A stretch of 64,000 bases of DNA from Zootoca vivipara (lineage: Eukaryota). Under the pieces are notes generated by a model. That model was not told where the DNA came from, did not search any database, and saw only the letters and a program-made list of their open reading frames with translations. Shown in pieces: positions 36,801 to 52,641 of this stretch (position 1 is the stretch's first letter; the number at the start of each line of letters is the position of its first letter). Location of the stretch: assembly GCF_963506605.1 (NCBI RefSeq), contig NC_083288.1, positions 38,626,001 through 38,690,000 on the forward strand, read 5' to 3'. The position numbers and the translations under genes are program-made.

Positions 36801-38478
36801 AGTAAAAACTACTGCACTCACATCCACTGGTGAAATTATAACCCAATCACACAAACACGTTCATGTCTTGTGACATGGTCACTGGCAGCTGAGTGTTATG
36901 AGTTGACTCCCTGAAAAGTTTTGTGTTTCAGGTTCTGAGGTGGATGGCATTTTCTTCTCTGGTGGTTAAACTGCAGTGGTTTATTCAGAACTGCAGAACT
37001 GTCAGTTGAGGTAGCAGGAATCGAGCGCTGAGCATGCATGTGCAAACGAGTCTTTAGAGGACCAGCAAAATCTCACAATTTAAATTGTGCCGAGTTACAT
37101 GCAGGTATTATATATAGCTTCGGAACTGGAAATTTCAGTGCAGATCTGTGTGTTCACGCATTCTAGAAATCCTTTTGACAGATTCGAGATCCAACAGTTG
37201 TTACAAAGGAGAGTTACTCTACAAATCCTGCATTCATTTTTTTGTTGGGAGGTAGGGCAGAATGCTGGAGGTAAATTGCCTGCAATCCCAGAGCGTTTGC
37301 TTTTCTCCCACTTTTTAGGCCTTCACTGTCATTGACCAGAACAGAGATGGCATCATTGACAAGGAAGACCTGAGAGATACATTCGCTGCTATGGGTAAGG
37401 AAAAAGGGAGTCTTGAAAGAGCGTGGCAGTGTGGGCAGGAGGGAAAGCAAAGCTTGGCTGTCGATGGAACTCTCAAGAGTCATTCCCCAGCTGATAATCC
37501 TGCCCTTCCCATCTCTGCAGGGCGCCTGAACGTGAAGAATGAGGAGCTGGATGCCATGATCAAGGAGGCCAGCGGCCCCATCAACTTCACGGTCTTCCTC
37601 ACCATGTTTGGTGAGAAGCTGAAGGGTAAGTTATCTCCCTGTTCTATCTCTCCTTCTTCTCTACTTGATGTCAAGTTCTCACTTTCGCTCCTCTTCTCCC
37701 ACCAGGTGCTGATCCCGAGGACGTAATCATTGGCGCCTTCAAAATCCTGGACCCTGAGGGCAAGGGCACTGTCAAGAAGCAGTTGTGAGTATCTGCCCTG
37801 CAGATCACTTTCATTAGATGTGCTGCGCTGGTTAACATGCGGCACCAAACCATTGCTTGGCTGTCATTGGGTTCATGTGCTCCCCCAACACACTCACATT
37901 TCCTTCCCAACTCACCTGATCAAACAAACATCAGTTTGCTTAAGATTTGTGTTTGCCCTCCAAACAAATTAGAAACCACATTCTGAAGTAGATTTCCAAT
38001 TGTGGTTTAGAAGGCGAATGCAAACCATAGTTTGTCTGTTCAAATTTGAAAGCAACTTGTGGTTGGAGAGCAAGAAGTATGCACTCTTGGGACTTGGACC
38101 TGACAGCTGAATCATGTATAGGCTGTTATGTCTGAACCATCCTGCTGCATCTCAAATGATGATGATATGTTGGCTCTATCTATCCTACAAACTTAAACAA
38201 TTCATTTTACACTAGTTTAATTGTCATGACTTCCTTTCAGACACCATTCTGGCAGCTGTAAGGGCTGTGAGGATTCAGAACTCTCACCAAACTACCGTTG
38301 CTGATGACTTTGAGATTTTTCTTAGTGCTCCATGGGCTTTTTCATAAAATGACAATGCCCTGGGAGGAATTATAGCAGTTTTAAATGCTAGATATGCATG
38401 CTGTTGTAGGGTTAAAGATCTTCCAAAGCTGGAATTCAAAGGTAGGGTTCTGTTGTCTATGAAACAGTTGCCTTTTGC

Positions 38479-38511
<33 letters not shown>

Positions 38512-39611
38512 GAACAAAGCATTCTTCAAAGCAAAAATATTTCCACCAGGAAGGGCTTTCAGCTTATGTGAAACTGGGAGGGAACTGGGGAGCAGATGTT
38601 CTCCATTATAAGAGGCTGGAGTGCTTGAAGACCATCTAAAAAGGATTCACACTTACCTGGGGATCCCTCTCAAACATCTTACTCTCTTTGCTTCACTGCA
38701 GCTTGGAAGAACTCCTGACCACTCAGTGCGACCGGTTCACCCCAGAAGAGGTAAGAGAAATTCCCTGCATCATGCAGAATATCCAGTCCTTTCTTTTCTC
38801 ACCTTTATGCTCCCCCCTTGTTCTCTTCATGCCCATTTTTCTTCACCTGTGAGCTACTCTTCCCCAAAACATGAAAATGTATACTTCTGCGCACTCCACT
38901 TATCTGCCAAGCTAATGCTTAATACATCAAGGCATCATAAAAGTCTTCTGAGAATTTGCAGCAAGTTTTCCTGTCACTGCGAAATAATCTCACAGCCCAC
39001 ATCCACACACCGTCTAGCCAGAAAGTGCAGCTTTTATATAGAATTGCCCTTCGCTCCTGTTTATCTGTCCTTTCTGGATTTAGGGTCATAGCCTTCTTGT
39101 TCATCTGGATAGGAAGGGAAATACCCAGCCAATTGAATGTTAAATGTTGGCTCTCCTAGGACAGAACAGTGTGCCTGTGCAGTGATTCAGTGGTTTAAAT
39201 GCTACAATTCCATCGCAGGACAGAACTAAGTTGAGAGAGAGGTGGTGAGGTTGGCAGAGGGGAAACAGAAGCAGCCATTGCAGTTCTGCGGAAAACTTTG
39301 TAAAATCACCAATCTGTTATTGACATCAAGCAGCTTCTCTGCTTCTGAATGTCCACCCTCCCCCTCCAACTTTTTAGACATCCGTATTGAAAATAACACC
39401 AATGCATTTACTGACTTAGGAGTATACCTTTTTTTTAGCTTCCTGGGAAGGGATACCGAATCAGGAATTGGGCAACTTCTCATTTTGGCCTCTCTGCCTC
39501 TTTCAGATCAAGAACATGTGGCACGCCTTCCCTCCAGATGTAGCTGGCAACGTTGACTACAAGAACATTTGCTACGTCATCACACACGGAGAGGACAAGG
39601 AAGGGGAATAA
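30839..39611 (+). CDS. MYL11: Myosin regulatory light chain 11, fast skeletal (MYLPF), 170 aa
   Basis: Exons 30839-30841 (ATG), 33177-33272, 37319-37394, 37521-37625, 37706-37784, 38702-38750 and 39507-39611, 513 nt in total. MAPKKAKRR...[31 protein letters not shown]-hand; C-terminus [26 protein letters not shown] at 39853. Confidence 0.98.
35583..36291 (+). mobile_element. Possible solo LTR
   Basis: TGTT...AACA termini, TATAAG near 35988, AATAAA near 36224 followed by a U5-like end. No TSD found. Confidence 0.3.
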
Positions 39612-40946
39612 GCCCTGGTTTTCCCACCCTTGCTTTGTGGGGGGAATCCACCCAAACACCCCCAGGCCGGGGAGTTTACCTTACACTGGTCCCAGATGAT
39701 CCACACACTTTTGTAACCCAGCAATACACACATCAAACCTGTTATTTATTAGTATTATTATCTGGGGAGGAAAACTATACCCCCCAGAGCCAAAGCCGTG
39801 CCCACTTCAACTTGTCTTAACCTAACCGGGACCTTCCTCCGTAAAATGTCTTAATAAAGATGAGGACACCTCTGTTTCTAACGCCCCTGTTGTTACAGTT
39901 TCTTTGACTTTTCTCAGTTTGAAATTCAAATACTCCTGGAATGGATCCATGCAGTGGGTAAATCTTCTTTTTTTAAAAAAAACAAACAAATTATATTTCT
40001 GCCCTTTAGGGATGCTGGGTTTAGTCAGTCCATTAGATTAACACACTAAAAAAAGTTAATAATTAAGTATGTGTTCCATATTTATTGCATTTAACCATAG
40101 GCCATGACAATCTAAAAACAGGAGTGGTGGACATTATATAACAAGTTTGATGAAAAATAACAGATTAGGCCTAAACCAATAAAAACCACTTAATTAACTG
40201 AGCAGCAGATATAAATGTGACGGGTGGTATTCAATGACATTTTACTCATAGCAGATCCACTGGACTTACCTTAATGAACATAGCGAGCAGTGCAATCCTA
40301 ACCCGGTCTACTCAGAAGTAAGTCCTATTGAATTTAGTGGGGCCAATTCCTGGGTAAATGTGATGAAGATTGCTGCCTCGGGTTTGTAAATTTCAGAGGG
40401 TGTCTATTGTGAGCAACACTTAGCTGAATACCGCCCAATATTTTTTAATACTTTCTAGAATCCATACCCGGGGGGGCAGGGGGTTACCATTATTAGGTCA
40501 AGCAACATGTCACAAAGCAAAGAGGAAGCTTTTGAGTTTCTTGGAACTCTTTGGGGCTATGGAGTAAGGAGCTAAGCAAGGGAGGCTGGGTGCAGCCATG
40601 CTGCCTGGCTCTGGAAAGAATCTTAAAAGATGGAATGTGGGAAGAGGCAGCAGCTATTCAAACAAGGCTTTTTGGTTGGGGAGGGGCTGTGCAGGTGGCA
40701 AGGTGAATCGAGGCCTCGTGGAAAGAGAAGGCATACAACAGATACAGCAACTGCCGTTTCCTCATCTCTTAATATATAAAAACTGCAGGTGGCCAGCATT
40801 GCCTTAAAATTGAGCATTCCTCCCTAGCTAAGAGGGTGGGGGAAGGAGAAATCCACCCGTAGCTACACACTACACGAATCCACACACAAATGATTTTAAG
40901 CCAGTAAAGGTCCGCTTCTTGCTTCAGGGCAATTGCTTTCACCCAT

Positions 40947-41360
40947 GTTGTTGTTGTTGTTGTTTAGTCATTTAGTCGTGTCCGACTCTTCGTGACCCCA
41001 TGGACCATAGCACGCCAGGCACTCCTGTCTTGCACTGCCTCCCGCAGTTTGGTCAAACTCATGTTCGTAGCTTCGAGAACACTGTCCAACCATCTTGTCC
41101 TCTGTCGTCCCCTTCTCCTAGTGCCCTCAATCTTTCCCAACATCAGGGTCTTTTCCAAGGATTCTTCTCTTCTCATGAGGTGGCCAAAGTATTGGAGCCT
41201 CAGCTTCAGGATCTGTCCATCCCGTGAGCACTCAGGGCTGATTTCCTTAAGAATGGATAGGTTTGGTCTTCTTGCAGTCCATGGGACTCTCAAGAGTCTC
41301 CTCCAGCACCATAATTCAAAAGCATCAATTCTTCGGCGATCAGCCTTCTTTATGGTCCAG
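40947..41360 (-). mobile_element. RTE-BovB LINE 3' fragment
   Basis: RVPWTARR...YFGHLMRR...GRQRTRWLD...VHGVTKSRTRL is the BovB ORF C-terminus; (CAA)n tail. Confidence 0.93.
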
Positions 41361-42006
41361 ATCCATTGATTAAATCAACTAAAAGTCATTCAGATACGTT
41401 TACTTCGACTCAAGAGGCAGAGAGTTTGGAGGGGGGGAACGGTCTCTTGCAATAGATGTGGTGCTGCGTGTGGGGCGGAAGCATCCTGAAGGCATTCAAG
41501 GAACAAATATTGAAGGTGTTGGGGAACCTGTGGCCCTGCAGCTGTCCTTGGACTCCAACCCCCATCACCCCCCGCCAGTATGGCAAATGATATGGGGTGA
41601 TGGGAGTTGGAGTCCCAGCGCCACCTGGAAGGCCTCAGGCTTCCACACCCTGGCTTTAAAAAAAAAGATGAGTTTTTACTCGGCTAGCTTACCAAAACGG
41701 CCTGCAGCAGGAGCTGAGCAAACACAACAGGAAAAGATCCCCACCCATTGTTTTTTTAGGGAGTGTCACAGCAGAACCCCTAGAGATCACCTCTTGGGAT
41801 CCTTCTGCAAGAGCAGATGCAGCCACTGTGCTTGACACACTGGAACAAAGCACCCTGTCCCTGTAATTTTGGACCTTCCAAAAGTGCAGACATGGCACAA
41901 ACTTTGTACACAAATTGGTGCTACCCACCCTCTACCACATCCCCACCAACATCAAACCTTCCGCCACCTGGCGATGCATCTGGTCTGGCTCCCCCCATCC
42001 TAGGAC

Positions 42007-45072
<3,066 letters not shown>

Positions 45073-46853
45073 GAAGACTAAGAAGAAGAAATCATAGAGA
45101 TATTGGCAAAGGCATACCAGACGGAGCCCAATAAACTAATGGTGTCACCTAGGGGTAGGAATGAGGGGTGGGAATTGCTACCCTTTGCCTGATGGCAGCT
45201 CTTCCTAGTGGGAGGAGAAGGATGGACATTAGGTTATCTTCCTACGATGACCCAAAAACCCAGAAAATGGGGAATGTGATAATGTTTGGGTCCCTGTGTG
45301 GCTGGCAACTACAAAGGACAATTTCTCTACTTGGACAAAGGGGCCACAATCTGATAGCTGACCATTTTCTATATATATAGTGGTGACTATATATAGTGGG
45401 ACTCACCTATAAGCTAGCTCCAGCTTCTGCACCCCAATTTCTCCCCTCTACACCAGTAGAGACAACAATATCACATCAGCAACTGGACAAGGTTTATTCC
45501 CCACCCCCCACTCCTTTTAATTTTTTTATGTTAGTATAGTAATATAATGGGTTGAATTAAAAAACACTGTGGAAAAAGAGGAAGAAATGCTACTGGGATC
45601 TTCAGGGTTAAGTCCTCTGGTACACGATGCCAGCCAGCAACACCCTTTTGCAGGATACGCCAGTCCATTCTCTGTGCTGCCCATCAGCATTCTGTCCCAC
45701 CCATGCAAATGTTTTCCCACATTCTGAGGCTGCCAAGCACATTCAGTTCTCATTGAACTTTTTTTGGGGATTGTTATACTCACCCCCTTGTTTATTTTTT
45801 ACTCATGGTATGCTGTTAGTAAAAGGAAAGGAAGCGAGGCTCACCTTGGTTCATAGCAGCCAAGTCCTAGGGACCCTCCAATAAAATATTTGAGGAGGCC
45901 AGCTGCCCAAAAGTTAATGGGAATTGCCATTCAAATGATGTGTGTGTATCTTGTGATTATGTGGGTCAGGGCTTATCTGCTCCCCACAGTATTTTATTCA
46001 AGTTGGCACCCCTGCCCTGTTTTTTTTAGGAGGAGTGGGACATTGCCAGGCCCCCACCTGCCTGCCTTCTTTCTTACTTACAACCAGTCCAGCTCTCCTG
46101 CTGATCTGTACACAAAGTTTACTCAGTGGTTAAACTATGGCCAATCTTTTGTGAGCATCTGTTCTGATTTGTTTACTATGCGGATGTTCTCTGACAAGGA
46201 CCATTCATCCTACATTCACCCCAAAGTTATTTGCAGGGTATTTCCATTTCTTTCCTGTAATCATTCATTCAGCCCACGTTTTGCAACACATTTCCCCATT
46301 ACTTTCCAAACCTCAAGCAGCCCCGGTTTTTCTTTATTGCTATTAAAGTCTATTTGTTGTGTGAATCCTTCCTGCAAGATACTGACAACAGCCTTGAGGC
46401 ACTCAAAGTGGTTGCATCACTTTGCCCAAAGTCCCAGGTGAGGTTACCTCTAAAAAGTACTGTGTATAGGGCAGGGGTGTGTGGACACGGGTGTGGGTGA
46501 GAGAGAGAGAGAGGTGGGTGTGGGGAGAAAAAAACTGGACTGCCTAAGCAAAGAGCCCTGCAGAACAGAGGTCAAAATCCAACTTTTCCTCATTAGGCTC
46601 ACGTTGCCACCTAAATTCTGTGGAATGAAGTAGATACTTATTTTTTTAATGTAAGGATGTGGTCAGTCCTTTTTTTCTGGGGGGATGCAGGGGTATGCAT
46701 ACCCCTAAACATTTTGTGAATCTAAATTTGGCCTCATTGAAGGGCAGTATTTCAATATGAGTAGGGAAATGAGAGTACCCCTAAACATTTTTTTTTACAA
46801 AAAAAAGCACTGGATATGGATATTCTAACTTTTACCTGCTGCTAGTACTAGAG

Positions 46854-46854
<1 letters not shown>

Positions 46855-46927
<73 letters not shown>
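46855..46927. repeat. Compound microsatellite (GT)n(GA)n
   Basis: Directly visible in the sequence. Confidence 0.97.
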
Positions 46928-46930
<3 letters not shown>

Positions 46931-47197
46931 GGAGGGTGAGAATCCATCATTTAAAGCCATAAAAATGGAGCTTTTAAAAAAGCAACATAATAAAGCAATA
47001 CATTTCTCCCCAAACCCAACAAAGTGTGAACCAATAAAGATAAAACCAACTGTTAACCCACAGTAACTAGACCAGTCAAGGCAGCCTTTGAATGCTTCCG
47101 ATGTTTTGTTCTAGGATTCCCCCTTCCACCCCTAAAGTTCTGTGGGTATCCCAGATGTACTGTAGCTAGTTTAAAAGAGGCAAAGTTGGTTGCTTAC

Positions 47198-47276
47198 CTG
47201 ACTAGCCAGGCTCCAAAATGTCTCTCTGCAACTTTTCCTCGTCTAACTGGTTGCACAAGATAAATTTCCTGAATTC
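47198..47276 (-). other. Candidate non-coding 5' UTR exon of QPRT
   Basis: Acceptor cccctcag| and donor CAG|gtaagc bound a 79-nt exon. It carries a stop in the QPRT frame, so it would be UTR. Confidence 0.45.
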
Positions 47277-48120
47277 CTGAGGGGTGGGAGGCTGTACAAT
47301 GAGGGGTGGGATTAGGACCATGATGATTGCTTTTGGCACTTTGGACTCTTGTTTTCCCCCCTTGTATAAATAACCTCTCCTGCACAGCTGTATCGTATCA
47401 GGGCCAAAGTAGGCAAGGCTCCATCCAAAGGATCAGCAATCGCATGAGCAGCCTTTTAGAAGTCCTGGGAAATAACGCAATGGCCTTTTCATTCAAATAC
47501 TATCATTTGTTTAAAAGAAAACAGAATAGGGAGGGGGTAGTTATGGGAGCTGTACAGGATGATAGGTGCATCATTGTCATCATTCATGCCGGATTTACGT
47601 ATCAGCTAAACAAGCTATAGCTTAGGGCCCCACTCTATTGGGGGCCCCCCAAAAATGTAAAGGAAAAAAACCCTGGATGCACATTTCCAAAATATTAGAT
47701 AAAATACTAATAAAATAAAACCTACATATAGCAACAGTGTTTTGTGTTGTGTAGCCTCCTATGATGTAAGTAATGGGCCCTGCCTGCTAGCCTGCTCCCT
47801 AATGTAAACAAAATCTGGCCTTATTCCCTTATGGGGTATACAAGAGCCCTTATAGAGTCCTTTGTAGGTTCTCCATCGGTAGGAGAAAACAACAGAGGCC
47901 AACCAGAGAATACTGAGAAGCAAAGTAGCTAGTAAGCTTGATCTCTATTGAACTGTTGCAACAGGGTGCTCCCTCTCACACAGGAGAACAAAGGTGTGCC
48001 TACCCTTATATAGACATTTTAAATTGCTCGCCCTGGAGTCCAAGACCACCCCCAGAAACCTCATACATAGATCACAGAAGGGGTGTAGCCCAAGACCACC
48101 CCCCAGATACATCATACCTA

Positions 48121-48781
48121 TGTTATGAAAAAATGTACCCCCAAATGCGTTGCCTTTTAAGAAGGACAGACGCGGGTCGGAAGCTCCAAAATTTGCACTA
48201 AGTTCAGCTCCGCCGGGAAAATGACAGAGACCACACGATGCTGTCAGGAAAAACAAACTGATCCCTTTATTGCAGAATGCAAAGCTACAGCTGTAGGGTC
48301 CCTGCCTCTGGAAAGAAGGAAGGAACCCAGAAAATGGTAAAGTCCCCTTATATACCCTCCTGTCCCTGCATGGAAATCTCTGGACTGGGAGGGAGGGGGA
48401 GACAAGGGCGACGGGTGGGGGATCGGATTAGCTGGGTGCGGAGATGACTTTTCCTTTCAGATGGAGAGATGTCAATCGCTCTTCTCCTGTCGCTGATGGT
48501 GCTCCCTGTTGTTTGGCAGGAAGGGCAATCAGTCGAGATGGGTGCAGAGGTGGGGCAGTTCCTGGCGATTTCCGTGGGGTGGAAGTCCGCCCGGCAGTTG
48601 TTTTCCTCCAGGCCATGGAAGGGTGGGCTACGTTGAGGATGGCAATTTATTTGAATAAAGTTGTTCCAGCTAATCCCTCTATTGTCTGTGTGTCCTTGAA
48701 TGGGTATAGGGTGGTAGTAGGGCAAGGTTCAGGTGGGTTGGGATCATACAGGGTTCATACAGAAAATATACCTGGAAAACA
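48121..48781 (-). mobile_element. Solo LTR, 661 bp (6-bp TSD TACCTA; class II ERV-like)
   Basis: TGTT...AACA termini; TACCTA at 48115-48120 and 48782-48787; minus-strand TATATAAG near 48347 and AATAAA near 48266. Confidence 0.75.
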
Positions 48782-49269
48782 TACCTAATACAGGGATTTC
48801 TAATTAAAAGGTAGCAGTCCTGACATATACAGTTCTAAGATATAAAACAGCAATTCCAATACAGAGAGATACTAGCAATTCTAATACAGAGGCAGCGGAT
48901 AGAGATTTCATGGTAAGAGAACATATAATAGGCTGTATTATTAACTTGAGTAGAAAAGTGTCACTTTGGATTTGGGCGGTTCCCCCCCCCCCTTCTTCTG
49001 GAAACATTGTTTTGTTCTGGGCGGAGGGGAGGTGGAGAGGGGAAATGTGTGAGTTTATGCTAACTGTTGTGCATATGCAGATCCTTAAGCCTTCCTCCAG
49101 GCAGGGTCTCGTCCTAGCGGGAGGGGTGGGGAGACAGGGAAGATGGCATTGAACAGGATTCTGGGTATTGCAGCTGTCAAATTCTGTCACCCCTCTCTGT
49201 TCATTAATAATGGTGTCCTGCAAACCCCCCCCCCAATATGATTTTATGACACCTACATCACAGAAAAGG

Positions 49270-49420
49270 CGGTCTACAACAGAAATTTGAATACAGGTAG
49301 GTAGCTGTGTTGGTCTGACGTCGTCAAAACAAAATTTAAAAAATCCTTCCAGTAGCACCTTAGAGACCAACTAAGTTTGTCATTGGTATGAACTTTTGTG
49401 TGCATGCACACTTTTTCAAA
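49270..49420. mobile_element. Penelope-like element fragment
   Basis: GTAGCACCTTAGAGACCAACTAAGTTTG...GTGTGCATGCACAC resembles the terminus of squamate Penelope elements (recognised from memory). Confidence 0.5.
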
Positions 49421-50349
49421 TTTGAATATTGTTGTTTTTCCTGTCTGCAGTGCTAGGTTATCTGATAATGCCTTTTCTGATAGTCTGGCCATTCCTTTGA
49501 GAGGGTAATCACTTAATTTCTGAGACAATGGGAAGGTTCCCTCACCCCCTCCCTCCTTGCAGAGAAACATTTGGTCAGTTTGGGAGTCAAAATGGTTTCA
49601 GGACTTTGCTGCTCCAGACATGTGGTTTATATTTTTATGTACGTTTGCTTGGTACATTTATGAACATTTATTATATATATGTAAGACCTTAATTTTTTTA
49701 TTACGCTAAAATATCACTGGTTTGCTCATTTCTCTTTCTTCTTAATTGTATTTCAGTTCAACAATTACTATGATAAAATACATATTTTGTTATGTGCAAA
49801 CGGCTTTAGATACCTATTGTGTCCATAAATTACCATATATTCAACACAAAAAACAGCGACAATTTGTTGTTGACAAAGGACAGCTGGACATATAAAGGGC
49901 CCCATTACCTTCAATAACGTAGGGCCTCATCAAACCTAAATCCGGCCCTGGTCATCATCCGTGCTCCCTGTAAAAATCCAGACAGCTCACATGAACTGTG
50001 CAGAAAAAACCTCTCAACTGGAAGCACCCTAAATTGCTGGAACTTTTATTTTTCTAGGGATAAGGCCAGCGCAACAGCCCTTAAAACGAAAACGCAGATT
50101 TGAGAGGAGAATGCACAAGAAAGGACCAGCTGCAAGTTTTACGGATTCTTGCATCTTCCCTGACTGGGGAATCCCTGCGAGAAGAAACTGCGCCTTTCAC
50201 GCAGTTTCCTCCCATATATATATACCTGTATTTGTGTACAATATGGAACCTATTATATTTCTTATATTTTTATTTGCATATTTAGTATTGGTTTATGATA
50301 TTTTATGATATTGTTGTGGTCGATATATTGCAGACATATATATAAAGCT

Positions 50350-50700
50350 AACCCGGATTTTTCTTTCCCTGTAACTCCTCGAACCGGCCGCTGCTTTGCG
50401 TATTTATGACTCTTTATCCCGGCGCCTCTTCCTTCTATACTCGCTATTTGTTGCCTCTCCTCCGATTGGGCGCGACCTTCTGCTCTTTTTGATTGGTTGC
50501 AGTGTTCCGCTCGCCTTCCACCAGCCACCTTTGATTGGGCCGCAGGTGCGTTCGTCATGCCCTTTGTACCCTACCAGAGCCCAGCTCAGTGGCGATGGTG
50601 GGTTGGCTTGCCTGCGCTGAACCCGGGAAAACGCGCGTGGCTTGTTAGAAGGGGACGGATCCTGCCTGCTCTGTTGTCCTTTGGTGCCCAGGTAGGCTGT
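50350..50700. promoter_or_regulatory. CpG-rich promoter of DCTPP1, probably shared bidirectionally with QPRT
   Basis: CpG-dense; ATTGG boxes at 50465, 50492 and 50534; candidate first-exon donor CAG|gtaggc at 50691/50692; lies between the head-to-head genes QPRT (-) and DCTPP1 (+). Confidence 0.65.
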
Positions 50701-51640
50701 GTATGCTGCTTTGCTTTCGTTGAGAGCCAGGCATGAGAGTTGCAGAGAATACCCAGAGAGGGGTGTGTGTATGTATGTGTGTGTACCGGGGGGGGGGTTT
50801 TCCTGTGATTTCTTAAGGGTGAGGGAAAGAGCCTTCTACACATGCTCAAGTGATGTGCGCTCACTTCTATTTTTTCAGGGCGTGAGCCGTGCCACTGAAA
50901 GCAGAATTTATCATGCAGCTCAGCACTGGAGAGTACTGGCTTAGAAAAAATTCTAATTCTGGGTGGGAGACACACACACTGATGTGTTGTATCTACAACT
51001 CCCCATGTGGGGAGCAGAGAAGCTACAGAGTCTGTCTGTGTAGGTGGCGTACGTTTGAAGCACGTGACTTCTCCCAAATCATCCTGGGAAGTGTAGTTTG
51101 TTAAGGGTGCATGGAATTGTTGCTCAGCGAGGATTAAGCTAGAAGTTCCCAGGACTCTTTGGAGGGAGATGTTTTGCATGTACGGTGCACAATGCAGCCA
51201 GAGATTTAGCCAACATCAGTCATACTCTGTGAAGACCCATTGAAATGAATAGACATAATTGACTTAGGTCCATTAATTTCATTGGGTCTACCCCGAGTAT
51301 AACTTGGTTGGATACAACCTGCAGACACTGTTCACATGTTGGAAAAGGCACAGGAGTTGCCAATCTCAGAGTTCCCTGGGAAGAGGGATTGCTCTTTAAA
51401 CTACCCTGGAAATTGTAACACTTGGAGGGGAATAGGGGTCTCCTAACAACTCTCAGCACCCTTAACAAACTACAGCTCCCAGAATTCTTTGGGGGAAGCC
51501 ATGACTGCTTAAAGTGGTATCACAAAGCTTTAAATGTGTGGTGTGAATGAGGCTTCGGCTAAATTATTTATCCTTTGCTGCTAACAACCACTTTGTTCAG
51601 CGAGCTTCTCTCTCCGCATCTCTTTCAGGCCTGGTCAATC

Positions 51641-51928
51641 ATGGCATCATCAAAGAGGGCTGCCAGTGAGGGAAAGTATTGCAGAGACTGGGAGAAAGAG
51701 GAGGATTTGAAGGTCTGGCTTTGCCCTGTGGCAGGAGACAATGGCAAAGCAGCCTGCCGGTTCTGCAAGGGTACGATGCCTGCTGGCTACTCTGACCTTC
51801 GGCTGCACATGGCCACGGCTGAGCATCAAAAGCATTTGCCTCCAGGCTGCTCTGTGCCTTTGGCTGATGATGGGCTTGGTGACCTGAAGCATTCTGGTAC
51901 TGGAGCCACCATGCCCAGGAGGACAGAG
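51641..51928 (+). CDS. Zinc-finger-encoding exon (C-x2-C-x13-H-x5-H, BED/TTF-like, transposase-type); putative N-terminal exon of DCTPP1
   Basis: Acceptor tctttcag| at 51628, start context ATCATGG at 51641, 96 open codons including KYCRDWEKEEDLKVWLCPVAGDNGKAACRFCK...DLRLHMATAEH, phase-0 donor GAG|gtaacg at 51928. Confidence 0.75.
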
Positions 51929-52126
51929 GTAACGAACGGGAGATGTCCTATGAGTGAGTTGTGTCTCTCTGTGAGCAGAAGGGTGTTATGTGAGTTGTAA
52001 TTCCAGGGTTTCTGGAAGCATATCCAGAATATCTTATCGGTATTGTGTATATATGTACCTCCAGAATATCCTGTGGATAGAAATATCCAATGGGTATGCA
52101 TAGAAGTATATAAGTACAGTATAACA

Positions 52127-52379
52127 CAGGACTCCCCAAACTAAGGCCCAGGGGCCGGATGCGGTCCAATCGCCTTCTAAATCCAGCCCGCGGACGGTCC
52201 GGGAATCAGCATGTTTTTACATGAGTAGAATGTGTCTTTTTATTTAAAATGCATCTCTGGGTTATTTGTGGGGCATAGGAATTCGTTCATTCCCCCCCCC
52301 CCGAAAATATAGTCTGGCCCCCCACAAGGTCTGAGGGCCAGTGGACCAGCCCCCTGCTGAAAAAGTTTGCTGACCCCTG
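52127..52379. mobile_element. hAT-Charlie-like MITE
   Basis: Termini CAGG..CCCCAAACT / AGTTTGCTGACCCCTG, internal GGCCC motifs, TSD GTATAACA/GTATAGCA. Confidence 0.8.
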
Positions 52380-52641
52380 GTATAGCATATTCTATTATTA
52401 TTATTATTATTATCTATCCTATTTTTTTCGGGGACAAGCGGGGCTTTCGGCCAGCAGGGAATAGATTAGTGCTTGACCTAAAATAGCTGCCAGGTTTAGC
52501 TCGCAATGCCCAATTTCAACCATTTTAAACTGCCAATAGCAAATTGATGGAAAAAATCCTTACTAGTTGTTTGGAATGAAGGCGCACAGTTACCGTGACT
52601 TCCTTTGCCAAGCCTTGTTCCCATCGGCGGGTTCACCAAAG

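Larger units (their letters stand above)
47803..49705 (-). mobile_element. Solo LTR (4-bp TSD CTAA; ERV1/Gypsy-like) containing nested insertions
   Basis: TGTAA...TTACG termini, CTAA duplicated at 47799-47802 and 49706-49709, minus-strand TATATAAGG near 48004-48012. Confidence 0.6.
47585..49950. mobile_element. hAT-like non-autonomous element split by LTR insertions
   Basis: Ends GCCGGATTTA...TAAATCCGGCCCTG; the internal sequence ...GCTCCCTAA|AATATCACTGG is interrupted at 47803-49705. Confidence 0.65.

Noticed and set aside
45890-46441. 183-aa + strand ORF
   Set aside because: It has a non-ATG start and no domain, overlaps a SINE remnant, and is antisense to QPRT upstream/intronic DNA.
48348-49370. 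ORFs of 114-188 aa inside the LTR stack
   Set aside because: They have no gag/pol/env motifs and lie within non-coding LTR sequence.
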